Shown here piece after piece: positions 1 to 13,210 of a stretch of 64,000 nt of DNA (positions within the stretch are counted from its first letter, which is position 1; each line of letters opens with the position of its first letter). This DNA is from Eledone cirrhosa (lineage: Eukaryota): NCBI GenBank assembly GCA_964016885.1, contig OZ024743.1, positions 37,076,001 to 37,140,000 of the forward strand. Reading direction: 5' to 3'. The translations under genes and the position numbers were made by a program. The notes under the pieces were generated by a model. The model was not told the origin of the DNA. It saw only the letters and a program-made list of their open reading frames with translations, and searched no databases.

Positions 1-2047
1 AGTTAAAGATTTTGGCCAAGGTGTTAGCGAAGAGGTTGGCGCTTGTCGTCGGGAACCTGGTGGGAGAAGCGCAGACATGCGCAATCCCGTCCAGCTCCAT
101 ACACGAAAACCTGTACCTCATGCGATACATCGTAGAGAGGGTAGGGAACGAACCCGGCTTTGGTGGGGCCCTGATCAACTTGGATCAATCTAAGGCGTTC
201 GATAGGGTCTACCATCGGTACCTGGATGCGGTGCTCGCGGCGGAAGGCTTCGGACCCGTTTTCAGGGTCTAGATTGCTGCAATGCACAGCAGCAACACCT
301 GCTCGAGGGTCAAGGTGAACGGCTACTTTCTCGGAGCCGTTCCAAATCGCGCGATCTATCCGACAGGGATGCCCTCTCTCCTCCCTTCTGTATGTGCTGG
401 CTCTCGAGCCACTACTGCGGAAGCTGGAGCTGTTGCAGGGAATCCCCTTGGAATCGGGATTGCGGAAAGCGGTGTCGGCCTACGCCGATGACGTGACAGT
501 AATGGTGTCGTGCGCCTCGGAAATCGGGCAGATCGGCACCTTACTGGAGGAATACGAAAGGTTTACAGGAGCCAAGCTGAACCGGGACAAGTCCGTCGGT
601 TTGCAACTCGGAATGTGGAGAGGCAAACAGATGCCCTCCGACGGCGTCGTCGGATGCTGGACGGAGGACCGGTGAAGCTGCTCGGGGTCTGGTCGGGATC
701 GGACCTTCAGGTGGAGAAAAATTGGGACGAGGTAACGGGCAGGGTGTTTGCACTCGCCCAGAAGTGGGCCGAGTGCAAACTATCCCTGAAAGGTCGAGCG
801 GAGGTGGCGAACACTTATATAGCGTCCGTCATCTACTACCGCTTGGCCGTCGTGCCTTGCCCAGCGAAAACGCTCGCCAAAATGGAGCGCGCGCTCTTCT
901 GATTCCTTAAGAAGAAGCGGACCCCTTTGGTGAGAAGATCCATCTGCTGTCAACACCCTTGGAACGGAGGGCTGGGGATGTCGTAGCTGACGATGCGTAG
1001 ACACGCATTAAGGCTACGGCACCTCCAGCCGGTGTGGGCGCCTTTTGTGAGGCGAGCCTTTCCGAGACTCGTCTCACTCACCGAGCTGCAATCCTGGGTC
1101 AAGCACAGACCTAGAAAAGTGGGCGACTGGCACATTGAATGTGCCCAGGCGCTCACGGCCCTCTGGCAAACGGATCCGGCAATCAATGGAGACTCAACCC
1201 CAACATTCTATAGAGGGTTGGTGCGCAGCAAGTGCGACGACGCTCTCGGAGAGGCTCTGGGCATGGAGGAAAATGAGCTAGCCAGTCTGTTCGGTAGGAC
1301 GTTTGGCCCGGGACCGATGGACAACTTCCAAAAGTCCCTAGCTTGGCAGTGCTACCGAGGAGCTCTACCCGTTCTGGACAAGCTCTACAGACACGGGTGC
1401 CCGGGTAGGGACCCCTCGAAGAAGATCTGTCCGAGATGCGTGCGTGACGAGGTAACTGTCGCGCACGCATTCGTACACTGCCCGGGCGTTGCTGACCTGT
1501 GGGGCTATGTGGAACGACTACTGTCGCGGGTGGGACCAATTCGGTTGACCATCGAGTACATTGTCATGATCAAACCGCCTCCCCCTTCAAAAACGAAGGA
1601 GAGGCGGTTTTCCTCTGTGTGATAGCTATGTCGAAAGAGGTTGTATGGTGGACGAGGTTGAAAGGGCTGAGGTCAGACACTTTCCTCTCCGGCCAACAAC
1701 TGGTCCTTTGTTTCAAGTACCATTTTAGAAGAAGGATCAGAATCGAGAGAGAGGTGCTCTACCCCTGCAAGTTTTATGAAAGGTGGGTGAAAGTGGCGAG
1801 AATGGCCCGAGTGAATGGGCCTTCTCTCTATATCATCCTGTATGTGAGAGAGGAGAGGAAGGAGGAGAGGAAGCGAGCACCTGCTCTTTGTGCTCCTGAG
1901 GAGGAGGGTTGCACATTTTTTTCGGGACTTTGAATGTTGAATTTGATTTGTTATATGTTTTTACACGTCCCTTGAAATGTATGTAAACTCCCCCTCTTGT
2001 ATTTATCCCAATCTTTGATGCCCTGGTGGCAAATAAATAGAAAGTTA

Positions 2048-2048
<1 letters not shown>
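1..2048 (+). mobile_element. L1/Tx1-clade non-LTR retrotransposon, 3' part of ORF2 (RT + zf-RVT) and 3' UTR, disrupted by stops and frameshifts
   Basis: RT motifs LDQSKAFDRV, RQGCPLSPLLYVLALEPL and AYADDVTV lie across ORFs 12-272 and 394-675. Later motifs are KLSLKGRAEV and the C-terminal CPRC..HAFVHC (993-1622). GC-rich; ends with AATAAA and then (TA)n. Confidence 0.92.
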
Positions 2049-2078
<30 letters not shown>

Positions 2079-2086
<8 letters not shown>

Positions 2087-4306
2087 ATACTTGGGGAGGG
2101 TCATATTTGTGTAATATTGCCAGAATTAATAACAGAACACACTCACTGTTTGGTTGGTTTTCGCTTTTCGCTTCTGTGTCTTTTATATCGGTAATCTAAT
2201 TTATTCGGTCCTCAATGTTGCCATTGACTGACCGACGGTCAAAAATAATACAGATACAATATAGACACGAACACATATATATAGTTTATCAAAGTTCTTT
2301 CGTTGCACATCTGCAACGGTGCTGTCAGTGGTGCTATTGTTTCCTCCCGTTACATTGTATGTCTACGCCATTTTTATTTAGTCTGTCTATATATTTATTT
2401 ATTTATTTGTTTGTTTGTTTATTTTATTTTGTCTTCTTTGCGCATGCGTTTGCGTGTGTGTATAGTGTTTTGTTTGATGTGTGTTTGATGTGTGTTTGAT
2501 TGTATTCTATGTATTCTATGTATTCTATCTTTACTAGTGTGTGTTTATATGTGTTTGTTGTTATTGTGATTGTGTATGTATTTATTTATTTATCTATTTA
2601 TTTATTTATTTATTTATACTTCTCTTAGGTCAGTGTTGTTTGTTTGTGTGTTGTTGTTATTCCATTCATTCTTTCTGCTTAGTCTTGGCCTTCTAAGTTC
2701 TATTTTACTGGCCTCTCTGATTTGCCTATCTGCTGGGTCATTTCTATGTTTAGATATTATTCTAATTTCTATGTTGTCTATGTTACCGTCGTATTGTTGT
2801 CTGGCATGTTCGTATAGTAGTGACCCGTTTTTTCGTCCTTTTAGTTCCCCCCAGTGCTGGTCTATCCTTTCACCTATGCCACGAGCTGTCTCGCCTATGC
2901 ATGTTGTTGTCATGTTTTCTGTACATCTTATGCTATAGACTGCGTTTCTAGTTTTACAGTTTATCCGGGGGTTTACCTTACATATGATACATTTCCTATT
3001 AGTACAGTGGGTTTTCTTAAAAGGGTAGGCTTTGCTGATCAGGGATTTTATGGTGGTTCCTGGCTTTTCTACCACCTTAATCTTTAAGTGGGTCTTTCTC
3101 AGGGCTTTTCTACACTGGTTAGCTAATTTCCCTCCAGGGGTAGCGTCCACAAACATGACACTCTGGTATCTCTGGTTGTCGTACCATGAGGTGGCTTTCC
3201 CTATCTTATGTCTAGCCCTATCTAAGCTATTCTATGATTTGCTCCTGTATAATGGGCAAATTCCTTTCATGTCCAGTTCTATGAGGGTTTTATACTTCTC
3301 CATGGCTCCTTCGTATACTCTGACTCTGTTTCTTTGGTTGTAGCCAGAGAACTGCATGCGGTTGATGAAGTGTTGGATGTGTCTTTCCATTTCTGTTGGG
3401 TCGCACATGCGGGACACATTCTTCATCACTCGTTCCAAATCTGCGATCAGAATATCAAACTTAGCACTACTGGACATTGCTGAGTTTTTGAGTATCAGGT
3501 ATTTGGAGGCCATGGGTTTAGCATAGTGTGAGTGGAGAATTTGGGCTCTCTCGTCTATAGTGTTAATCCAGAGTTCCGTGTCTAATACAGGTAGTCTATT
3601 GTTAGGGTGTTTGGAAGGGAAGTCGATAGTTACAGTTATACTCTGGTGTATGGAATTAGCTATCTGCTGGATGCTTTCCATTGTGCTGCGTTCTAAATCA
3701 AACTTGTTAGTGCTCTCTAGTGGGGATGTTCTTATAACTATATTGATATCCTCTACGTAACGAGAGTACATGATGAGGTCTATGGAGCTCTTATTAAGGA
3801 GATCTTTAAGTCTCCTTCCCCACCATACCATGAAAAGGTTGGCAACATCACCAGCTATGCTGACGCTAATGGCTGCTCCCTCATTTTGGGTGTAGATCTT
3901 CTCGTTGAACTTGAATATGTGGCCCTTTAGGGTAGTTTTGATACTAGCCCCTATTGCATGTGCAACCATTTTTCTTACCTGATCATTGTTTGGGGGGTCC
4001 GTATAGCTTTGGTCCACCCAATCCACCTTCCCATGGGAGTCTTTTTTGCCATTGAGGTTATGGTGGGGGGGGGGGTCTACCTCTTATGGGTCTACTAGGG
4101 CAGAAACGTCTAAGGTCATGGCTGTCTAGGTAGTCAGTGTCGTAGGTAAGTCTAAGTAGGAGGCCCAGTTCGTTTGTGTCGACGTCGCAGAACTCCACGT
4201 CACTCTCAATGATCATCTCCACACATTTTTCCCTCCCCAAGTATAACAATATTTGTTTCGACACACGATTTCATATAAAAAACCTCGCAAACTAATTCAT
4301 CGCCGT
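2079..4306 (-). mobile_element. Penelope-like retroelement (5'-truncated): RT, Cys-rich linker, C-terminal GIY-YIG, with an inverted terminal segment
   Basis: ORF 3232-4026 has YTQNEGAAISVSIAGDVANLFM, RYVED and LPVLD. After one in-frame stop it continues into 2614-3156 (CTNRKCIIC..NC, AVYSIRC..CIGET, RQIREA). 4231-4252 is the reverse complement of 2079-2100. Flanked by (TA)n. Confidence 0.9.
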
Positions 4307-4443
4307 TATATATATATATATATATATATATAAATTCAGCGAGAATCGACGGGTAGAAAAAGCGAAACTTAACGCAAATTCCGAATCATGCTGGCAAGCG
4401 CTCCATAGGCTAAAAGACTAGAGCAATAATATATATATATATA

Positions 4444-4463
4444 TAGATAGCTAGATAGATAGC

Positions 4464-4548
<85 letters not shown>
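4444..4548. repeat. (GATA)n microsatellite
   Basis: Direct read of the tandem repeat. Confidence 0.97.
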
Positions 4549-4549
<1 letters not shown>

Positions 4550-5090
4550 TTAGTGGCTGCTGACATGATTAGCCGGTTAAAAATGCTGCTTCACAGTGAG
4601 GTTCCAGGAACAATTATAATGGTATCTTGTGAAAGTGTCTTTTACCGTTTCTGTGAGTCGATGCAAGCCAGGGAGTGGAATTGGGAAATGGAAGTTGTGT
4701 AGAAGCCCGTCAGAGAGATTGTACTTGTAATACAAAGAGGTAAACTTATCACATTATATCAGGCTGATCCAGCTTGAGAATTATGCTAAAGGTACGTATT
4801 TGTGTGGAATATTCAGCCATGTACACGTTACTTTAACGGGTAGGACGTTTAGTCGATTGAACAACAGAAAGCCCATCGTCGAAATCGATGGAGAAACAAT
4901 CATGTATGTGTCCCTTTTGGGAGGTTTTAGCTATGTATGCCCTACTGCTAACATTCGGACCAGATCTCCAATCTGAGGAAGACTCGTTATTCTGATGTAC
5001 TGCTTCCTATCACAGCAATCCATCGGCCATGTTTTCTTCTTCCATTTCCCAATAACGATTTTTTGGTTACATTCGACTAATAATAATACT

Positions 5091-5815
5091 AATAATTGTT
5101 TCTACTTTTGGCACAAGGCCAGCAATTACCCCAGTGTATTACTGGTACTTTATTTTATCGACCCCGTAAGGATGAAAGGCAAAGCTAACCTCGGCGGAAT
5201 TTCAACCCAGACCATAAAAGGCCGTAACTCTATGCTGTAAAGCATGGCGTCCGACCCTCTACCGATACTGCCAAAACATAAGCAGGTCACACATTCATAG
5301 AAGGCTGGGTTAATCGATTAAATCGACGCCAACACTTGATTGGTACTTTATTTCATCGGCACAGGGAAGATGAAAGGTGAAGTCAATCTTGGCTGGATTT
5401 GAACTCAGAACATACTAACCTGAAACTAAGTACCGCAATGCATATTAACCGACGTCCCTAAATATTCTGCTAATCCACCAATTTAGACAACTAAGAACAA
5501 CAACAGCCATCTGTTTTATTTCTTACTAACAGAAATACCAATTTTCTGTTTGTAATAAATGATCGTATTTCGTAATGTATCTATCAATGTTTACAAATAA
5601 ACAGGGGGCGGGGGTGCAGAATCGGTAGAACTTTAGATAAAATGACATTGCAGTATTTGTTCTGATTCTTTACATTCTGCATTCAAATCCCACCGAGATC
5701 AATTTTCATCCTTCTGTGGCCGATACAATAGAGTACCAGTCAAGTACTAGGATCGATTTAATTAACTTTACCCATCCTCCAAATTTGCTGGACTTGTGCC
5801 TGAATTAGAAATCCG
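5091..5815. mobile_element. Three copies of the dominant tRNA-derived SINE (family 1): 5091-5275 (-), ~5310-5480 (-), ~5625-5815 (+)
   Basis: Share A-box-like TGGCAGTATCGG, B-box GAGTTCAAATCC, body TTTGCCTTTCATCCTTACGGGGTCGATAAAATAAAGTACC and tail GGCCTTGTGCC..GAAACAATTATT with other copies. Confidence 0.85.
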
Positions 5816-5835
5816 TGTATACAAATATATCATTT

Positions 5836-6078
5836 TCTTCTTCGTCTTCGCGCACTTATTCCTGAGAGGGTCGTGGGAAAAGAGTATTCCAACACTCCTT
5901 CCAGCGGGTCCTGTCAGAAGCAACCGTCTCCAATTGATCTGGCTGGATCCCCAAGCGTGGATGTTATCCAACCATCTTGCTTGGGAACTACCTCTGGGTC
6001 TCTTGCCGGTTGGTTTTTCCCCTAAAATCTGTCCAGCGATTCTTTCCTGAGATATTCTAACCACATGCCCATAGTATT
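5836..6078 (-). mobile_element. RTE-type LINE 3' fragment
   Basis: Translates YYGHVVRISQERIAGQILGEKPTGKRPRGSSQARWLD, a typical RTE-group C-terminal motif. Confidence 0.75.
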
Positions 6079-6236
6079 AAAAAGAGAAAAGTATATTTTC
6101 GACATGAAAATATTACGAACTCGCACCAACTTATTTCGTCTTGCCGTTTATTTAATTCAATACAATGACGTTTATTCTCGACAAAATGTTGACCTAACCC
6201 CACTCAACTTAATTAAGCAAAAATGACAAAGATGAA

Positions 6237-6417
6237 CACCTGCGAACCTTTAAACACCCAAACGGGGAGTTCCATGAAAAAAGTGCCCCAAAACGGGGAG
6301 AATGAGGCAAAATGAGGAGATTAAAGCTATACCTATTTTCATAAGAGAAGACATCTCTTACCCACCCCAAAGTGTGTGGGAGATCTCCCCGTGGGGCGCT
6401 GTGAGTTGACAAGTCTG
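6237..6417 (+). mobile_element. ~190-bp MITE, hAT-like termini; other copies at ~12186-12355 (-), 41398-41591, 47969-48160
   Basis: Four dispersed similar copies. The best copy has TIRs CAGACCTGCCAAC / GTTGACAGGTCTG. Confidence 0.75.
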
Positions 6418-6752
6418 AAAATGAGATATGAATGAACAAGTAATAAATATGATTGAAGCACGGCACCTTTCTTAAAATTCAAGCCCGCACCGACCTTCGA
6501 ATAAAACAAGGATTTTTTTTTATCGACTATGGGATACCGTGTGGCCACTTTCCTAGGAGCGCACAATGTAGCGAATTGCTTATAATTAATAGTTAAAAGT
6601 TTATTTATATCGGAAGAACGAAACCAACTTTGCAACGACATATTTGATTTTATTCCTTATTTACTTTAATATTTATATACAACATTTATATTTCTCGACG
6701 TCAGAAAGTCATGTGGACACTCGCACAGAAATTCGTATTTATTATCATATGA

Positions 6753-7390
6753 GGATGGTGGTTTGGCAGTATCGGTAGAGCGTCAGACACCATGAATTGC
6801 AGCATAGAGTTACTGCCCTTTCCATTCTGAGTTCAAATCCCGCCGAGGTTAACTTTGCCTTTCATCCTTACGGGAGTCAATAAAATAAAGTACCAGTAAT
6901 GCACTGGGTATTTGCTGGCCTTGTGCCTAACGTAGAAATAATTATTTTATCGACCCCATAAGAATGAAAGGCTAAGCTAACCTCAGAGGGATTTGAACTC
7001 AGAAGGTAAAGGACCGTAACTCTATGTTGCAAAGCATGATGTCCGACGCTCTACCGATTCTGCCAATCCAAAATAATTGTTTCAATATTCGGCACAAGGC
7101 CAGCAATTACCCAGTGCTTTATTTTACCGACCCCCGTAAGGATGAAAGGCAAAGTTAACCTCGACGGGATTTGAACTCAGATCATAAAGGAACGTAACTC
7201 GGTGCTGCAAAGCATGGCGTCCGACCCTCTACCGATACTGGCAATCCATAATAATTGTTTCTACTATTGGCACAAGGCCAGCAATTACCCAGTGCATTAC
7301 TGGTACTTTATTTTATCGACCCCGTAAGGATGAAAGGCAAAGTTAACCTCGGCGGGATTGGAACTCAGAATGGCAAGGGCCGCCAATCCA
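6753..7390. mobile_element. Cluster of four family-1 SINE copies (one +, three -)
   Basis: Repeated SINE consensus separated by short AAT tails. Confidence 0.88.
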
Positions 7391-7419
7391 TAATAATGCT
7401 AATAAATAGAATCAGGAAA

Positions 7420-7680
7420 ACGCGTGTCTTAGTTGTTAAAGTGTTCGGCTCGTGCTCGTAACGTCGTGGGTTCGATTCACCTTGCTCAAGTCCACTCATC
7501 TAGCAGAAATGAGCTCTACCTGTAACTCAAAGGGCCAGCGTTGTCACACACTGTATCACACTGAATCTCACTAAGAAGTACGTTACGGACACACGTGTCT
7601 GTGGAATGCTCCACATGCACGCTAATTTCACGAGTAGTCTGTTCCGTTGATTAAACAACTGAAATATTCGTTGTCAAACC
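7420..7680 (+). mobile_element. tRNA-derived SINE family 2; related pieces at ~4700-4900, 8590-8700, 12625-12900 (-), 34125-34245 (-), 47355-47500 (-), 53690-53870 (-), 58350-58465
   Basis: tRNA-like head (TGGCTGAGTGGTTAG..GAGTTCGATTCC, clearest at 58359-58412) and a shared body with CACGTGTCTGTGGAATGCTC..CACGTTAATT. Confidence 0.75.
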
Positions 7681-7704
7681 TATTTAGGTTCAACACACAT
7701 AGAT

Positions 7705-8445
7705 GTATGTAGGTATATGTATGTAGGTATATGTATGTAGGTATATGTATGTAGGTATATGTATGTAGGCATATGTATGTAGGAATAATAATTAAAAAAA
7801 AAAGGATTTTGCTCTACATTTATTGTATTCAGCCATGTAGAGCGAAAATTCTTTTTTAATTATTATTTGAATAACCAGTAATGTACTGGGTAATTGTTGG
7901 CCTTGTGCCTAAAGTAGAAACAATTATTTGAATATAGCAAAGCCGGTCATTGATCGCTCGTATACAGGAAACTGACTGGCCAGTCTGCTGATATGTAAAT
8001 CTGGCTGATCAATGGATCTGCAAATATGTAGATCTGACTGATCAGCCAGTCTGCTAATATGCAAATCAGGCCGATCAGTCATTGTATATTTTAGAAAATA
8101 TCATATATTTTCACTAGCTCTGACAGTTTGGCAGGTGAACATTAACCTGTACTGATGAAGGGTGATACCCAGAAACATTAGTGTCTGCAGTTCTGTTTAC
8201 ATGCCAACACAAGAGCAAGAATGAGGGGGTCATTCTACTGACATGGCTTTAAAAAAGAGGCTGTCTGCATAATTGCAAACGAATCGAATATTATTATTAA
8301 TATTCGAAAACTTCACATTACATTTTGTAGGAATATGTATACAGGAATATGTATATAAGTATATGTATATAGGTATATGTGTATAGATATATGTATATAG
8401 GTATATGTGTATAGGTATATGTACGTAGGTATGTGTATGTAGGTT
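7705..8445. repeat. 14-bp minisatellite (GTATATGTATGTAG)n split by an inserted block at 7784-8325
   Basis: Units at 7705-7783 and ~8330-8445. Confidence 0.8.
8147..8190 (+). ncRNA. Minimal type I hammerhead ribozyme motif
   Basis: ctgta-CTGATGA-a gggt gat accc a-GAAA-ca ttag tg-TC-tgcag. All three helices pair; GUC triplet at 8183-8185. Confidence 0.8.
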
Positions 8446-9029
8446 GTTTATTCATTTAAATATTTCCTCACCTTCCTGTTTTCAGCGTTATTTGTACATA
8501 ATATAATTAGGATGCCTGTTTGATGTGACAACGTCTAAATTGGTTGGTTTATGTTAACGAGATTTTAACTAGTTCATTATATGTGGTGTGGTGTGTATGG
8601 AATGCTCAGCCACTTTCACGTTAATTCTACGTGTAGGCTATTCAGTTGTTCCTCTTCTAAACTGGAACACTCCTCGTCGAAATCGACGGAGGACCCAACA
8701 AATAAATAACGTAAATGCAGACAAGGTTGCTCCAGGTAATTAAATTTATGCTAGTTAGTTTACATTACATATTTAATGCAATTAAAACCGTGCACTGACC
8801 TTAAACATATAAAGAAATTCTTCCAACCATGATATGTTTTCAAATTGAAATGTTTTAAATGGAAATTAAGGCCAATCTTCTGAGGCGATAATTTATTAAG
8901 AATAATATGATTAACCACGAACAGTTTTAAGCCTTTCAAATCTTACATCTTTAGGCAGGGGTTAGGCTTTAATACCTGTAGCTATGAGTGTTGAGTAGAT
9001 TTTCTAGCCTTGGTACATTATATATTCAT

Positions 9030-9071
<42 letters not shown>

Positions 9072-9147
9072 TTTTTAAATATATATATATATATTTTGAA
9101 ATGCGCATAATAAAATACTTGGAACTCTATTAACCATCTTTTGATCT

Positions 9148-9272
<125 letters not shown>

Positions 9273-9956
9273 TATACGTATATGTGAGTTTGTATGTTTG
9301 TATGTACACGTACATGTGTGTCTATATAAGTGTGTGTACATACATGTGTGTCTATATATGTGTGTGTATATATTTATGTGTGTGTGTGTTTGTGAATATA
9401 CACACTTTAATAGTGTTCGTGATAAAGCGTTAATCGTCAAGAAAGTTCCCTACATGCTCACCCGTAGGGCAATGGCGTTGAACTAATCTTGAGACACGAA
9501 ACTGATATAAACCCTAATACGACGTGAGAAAATGCCCAATTCTCTTAAAATAACTATCATAATCCTTTTGTTTATTCAAATGATGAGTGTCAAAATTATA
9601 CCTGGTGGTCAGTTTTGTTAGGGAATGCCGAGGATAAACAAATTAGAGCGGTAAAATATTCGTAAACACTGTAGAATTTGTATGTTAATAAAAATATGTC
9701 TCCACTGCAAATTAAAGTGTCTTAATTAAAATATATAATTATATGCATTAGACGGGATATCATCAGTATCTATGGGATACTAATTAGTATCTCCCCCTTC
9801 ATCTCTCTCTCTCTCTCTCTCTCTCTCCCTCTCCCTCTCCCTCTCTCTAATATATATATATGTATATATATTTATATGTGTGTGTGTGTATCTGTGTATG
9901 TGTATATATATGTATGTGTGTGCATGTGTGTGTATATATGTATATATAAATGTGTG

Positions 9957-9999
<43 letters not shown>

Positions 10000-10002
<3 letters not shown>

Positions 10003-10223
10003 TAATAATAATAAAATTGAAGACTAAAATCCAAAGAGGGCTCGATAAGGGAAATATATATCAAATATATAAGAACCGTAGAGCAAATATTTATTAAAAT
10101 AACAGATTAAAGTTTAAGCAAAGAATCGCTGCTTTCACCCTTAACGGGATCTTCTGAAGATCCCGTTAAGGGTGAAAGCAGCGATTCTTTGCTTAAACTT
10201 TAATCTGTTATTTTAATAAATAT
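10000..10223. mobile_element. PLE-type terminal fragment forming a perfect 68-bp-arm palindrome centred on a hammerhead-like core
   Basis: 10087-10154 is the reverse complement of 10156-10223. The right arm reads CTGAAGA-tccc gttaa ggg t-GAAA. A related single arm lies at ~26438-26503. Inserted in (TA)n. Confidence 0.75.
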
Positions 10224-10328
10224 ATATATATATATATATATATTGTGTGTCTGTGTGTGTGTACATATGTGTGTATGCATATGTGTATATATGTATATAT
10301 GTATATATATATGTGTGTGAATAATATA

Positions 10329-10529
10329 TAAGAGGGTCGGCTGGAAAGTTCATAGGATAATAAGATACTCTCATGAAATGACCAAATGAGGTATTTTTTT
10401 CAACATAGTTTTTAGAAAGAAACAATGCAGTTATTAATAAGAAGAGTTGAAATTGATGCATGCAAGATTTCACAGCGCTGGCATCACTCCTTCGTAATCA
10501 GCCTATGAACGTTTCAGTCTACACTCGTA
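10329..10529. mobile_element. Tc1/mariner-type MITE
   Basis: TA-flanked imperfect TIRs GAGGGTCGGCTGGAAAGTTCATAGG / CCTATGAACGTTTCAGTCTACACTCG. Confidence 0.7.
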
Positions 10530-11139
10530 TATACAGATAGAGAAAGGGGCGGGGAGAAAGAAACAGGGAAAGACAGGAAGAGAGAGGGTGAAGAGAGGGG
10601 GAGAAAGAAAGAAAGAGAGAAAGAGAAGGTGACTATGGTAGTTTACTGGAGCGCACTAAAATGTTTCTATTCGTTGTTTCATGTTAATTTTGCTGTTGAG
10701 CCACTAACCAACCCAACTAGAAAACCTATGATCAAAGTCGTTCTATTTATGACTATCTTGTTTTTCTTAGATTTAGCATTCCTTCCTCGTTTAAGATGAA
10801 ATTTGGGGGTTATTTGGTTGTTATTTTTAGCAAATCGAGCAACCATGTCGATGTTTCTTTGTCACGTCCTTTCTCTTCGGTTGTCTTTTATTATATTAAA
10901 GGTTGTGCGTATATCGTGTAAAACGTCAGTCAAGCGAGAAACTTGGTGGTTAGAATGTGTGTATGGAATTTTTTTTTAATTTCACATTGTAACAAGTCTT
11001 TATGGAAAGGATCTAACAAAAGTGTGTGCGCGAACTTTTTTTTTAAATTGGACGATTGGATGTCCCCTAAAAATGTATACATACTTCCAACAGCATTCTA
11101 ATATATATGACGAAAGTCGATCGACTGTATATATATAAA

Positions 11140-11197
<58 letters not shown>

Positions 11198-11200
<3 letters not shown>

Positions 11201-11403
11201 CGAAGGAAATGTGGTAAGGAACCAGGTGGACCATAACGCACCAAAGTACTCAATACTTGAGGTAGTAGAGTGGGTAATAGGAACCAGTAAGACCCCGACA
11301 GCTGAGCTCAAGCCGTTTCGACGGCTAATTCTGGACTAAATTCATTTAGTCCAGAATTAGCCGTCGAAACGGCTTGAGCTCAGCTGTCGGGGTCTTACTG
11401 GTT

Positions 11404-11408
<5 letters not shown>
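11198..11408. mobile_element. Family A fold-back insert (hammerhead 3' half plus tail), copy 1
   Basis: Palindrome at 11277-11408; GAAA-cggct tgagctc agctg-TC at 11366-11388; between (TA)n tracts. Confidence 0.85.
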
Positions 11409-11495
<87 letters not shown>

Positions 11496-11583
11496 TGTTT
11501 CTTTATTATCCACAGGGGCACAAAAGAAGGGGACAAGATAGATAGATAGATATACATATATATATACAGTTGATCGACTTTCG

Positions 11584-11665
<82 letters not shown>

Positions 11666-13029
11666 GTTTAAACTGAGTGTTTAAAGTTGAAAAGAATAAT
11701 ACAAGTAATTATGTCCGAAACTCTAACGACTTTGCTGATTCACTGCCTTAATGAAACTAATAAAAATCATAGATCAAAACACTAGGCAGAAGATAAATCT
11801 AAAGAGATTTATTTTAGAGCCAAATATTTTAAATTGCAATAGCGGATTGTATAGATAAAGTATATTCCTTTGATAAATTGAGAAATAAATCGTGTATCAT
11901 GGTTATATATCAATAACAATTCCCTAACAAATACAAAAAAGAAACAAAATAGGCTGAAATTTCTAAATAGATAATATCTCATCCAGTTCATAGACTAGAT
12001 AATGAAATCTTTTGTTAAATGGTATAACCATGATAATATTTTTAGAAATAATAAAACGTTTGTGTGTCGTTAAACAACGTTTTAAATAAACATACCGAAT
12101 TAAATCTATGTTAGGTCAGAAAATATTCTCAGTTTAATCTTATGTTTTATTTTGGCGTGTAAGACGTCATTAACTCTTCCATTACCAGATCTGTCAACTC
12201 TCCCCAACTGACGGGCAGATCTCCCACCCACTTTCTGGTAAGTGAGAGATGTCTTCTCTTGGGATTAGCTTTTTCATTATGTAAAATCTCTATTTTTCCT
12301 CATTTCTCTCCGTTTTAGGGCACTTTTTTTCCGTTTGTGTTTTTAGAAGTTTGAAGGAATTTAACAATATAACTAACTTTCTCATTATTAAGTTGCTGTT
12401 TGGAGCATAAAATAATAATGGAAGGTTTTTATCTAAATGTAAGCACTTTAAAATGATTAGCTATGCACCATAAAACCTGGGACGGTTTCAGGATGTTTGG
12501 TATCAAAAGAGTTACATTTTAATAAGAACAGAAATGTTATTTGTTGGTGGATGTGTGCTACCGTTTAAATGAGAGAGTAATGTTTCCAGCAGTAGTTAGT
12601 TCTTCACCGGGAAAATGTTGCAGGGCTTCCCTCGGTTACGACGAGTGTTCCCGTTGTTCGATTAACAGCATAGTCTGACCGTGAAAATAAGGTGCAAGTG
12701 GCTGACCATTCCACAGACACCTGTATTCTTAACGTAGTTCTGAGGTAGATTCAATGTGACACAGTGTGTGACAAGTGATGCCCTTTGAATCACAGCTACA
12801 ATTCATTTTTACCAGCTGAGTGGACTAAAGTAACTTGCTCAAAGACATAACCCACCGGCCTTATGATCGCCAGTCGAACAGTACCCACTAAGCCACGCTT
12901 CTTCACACTATCACGAAACAATGTTTTATAATTTGAGCACAAGGCCATCAGTTAGGGAGGAAAGTGCATTGTCTATATCGACTCTAATGTACTTGAGTGG
13001 TACTTTATTTTATTGATCGCTGAATGATG

Positions 13030-13210
13030 AAATGCCAACGCTTCCCACTTTATCCTGTACCTCGCCCTGGACTTGTCAGTTTTGTGGGCTTCTTTGGCTT
13101 TAAGTAGTCTCAAGCTGCAGATAACTAGATGGTGATCAGTTGACAGCTCAGCCCCTCTCTTAACACGAACATCCAGCACAGAATGAAAGATATCGGAGAC
13201 TAACAATTAT
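13030..13210 (-). mobile_element. RTE (Expander/Rex3-like) LINE fragment, end of the AP endonuclease
   Basis: VLDVRVKRGAELSTDHHLVICSL..RIKWEAL. Confidence 0.8.

Noticed and set aside
2285-2335. Minus-strand hairpin followed by GAAA in the PLE 3' region
   Set aside because: The core reads CTGACAGCA and helix I is poor; at best a degenerate hammerhead, so not called.
2614-4264. Selenocysteine-recoding (Naiad-type) PLE
   Set aside because: The endonuclease is C-terminal and the in-frame stop is TAG, not TGA; ordinary decay is more likely.
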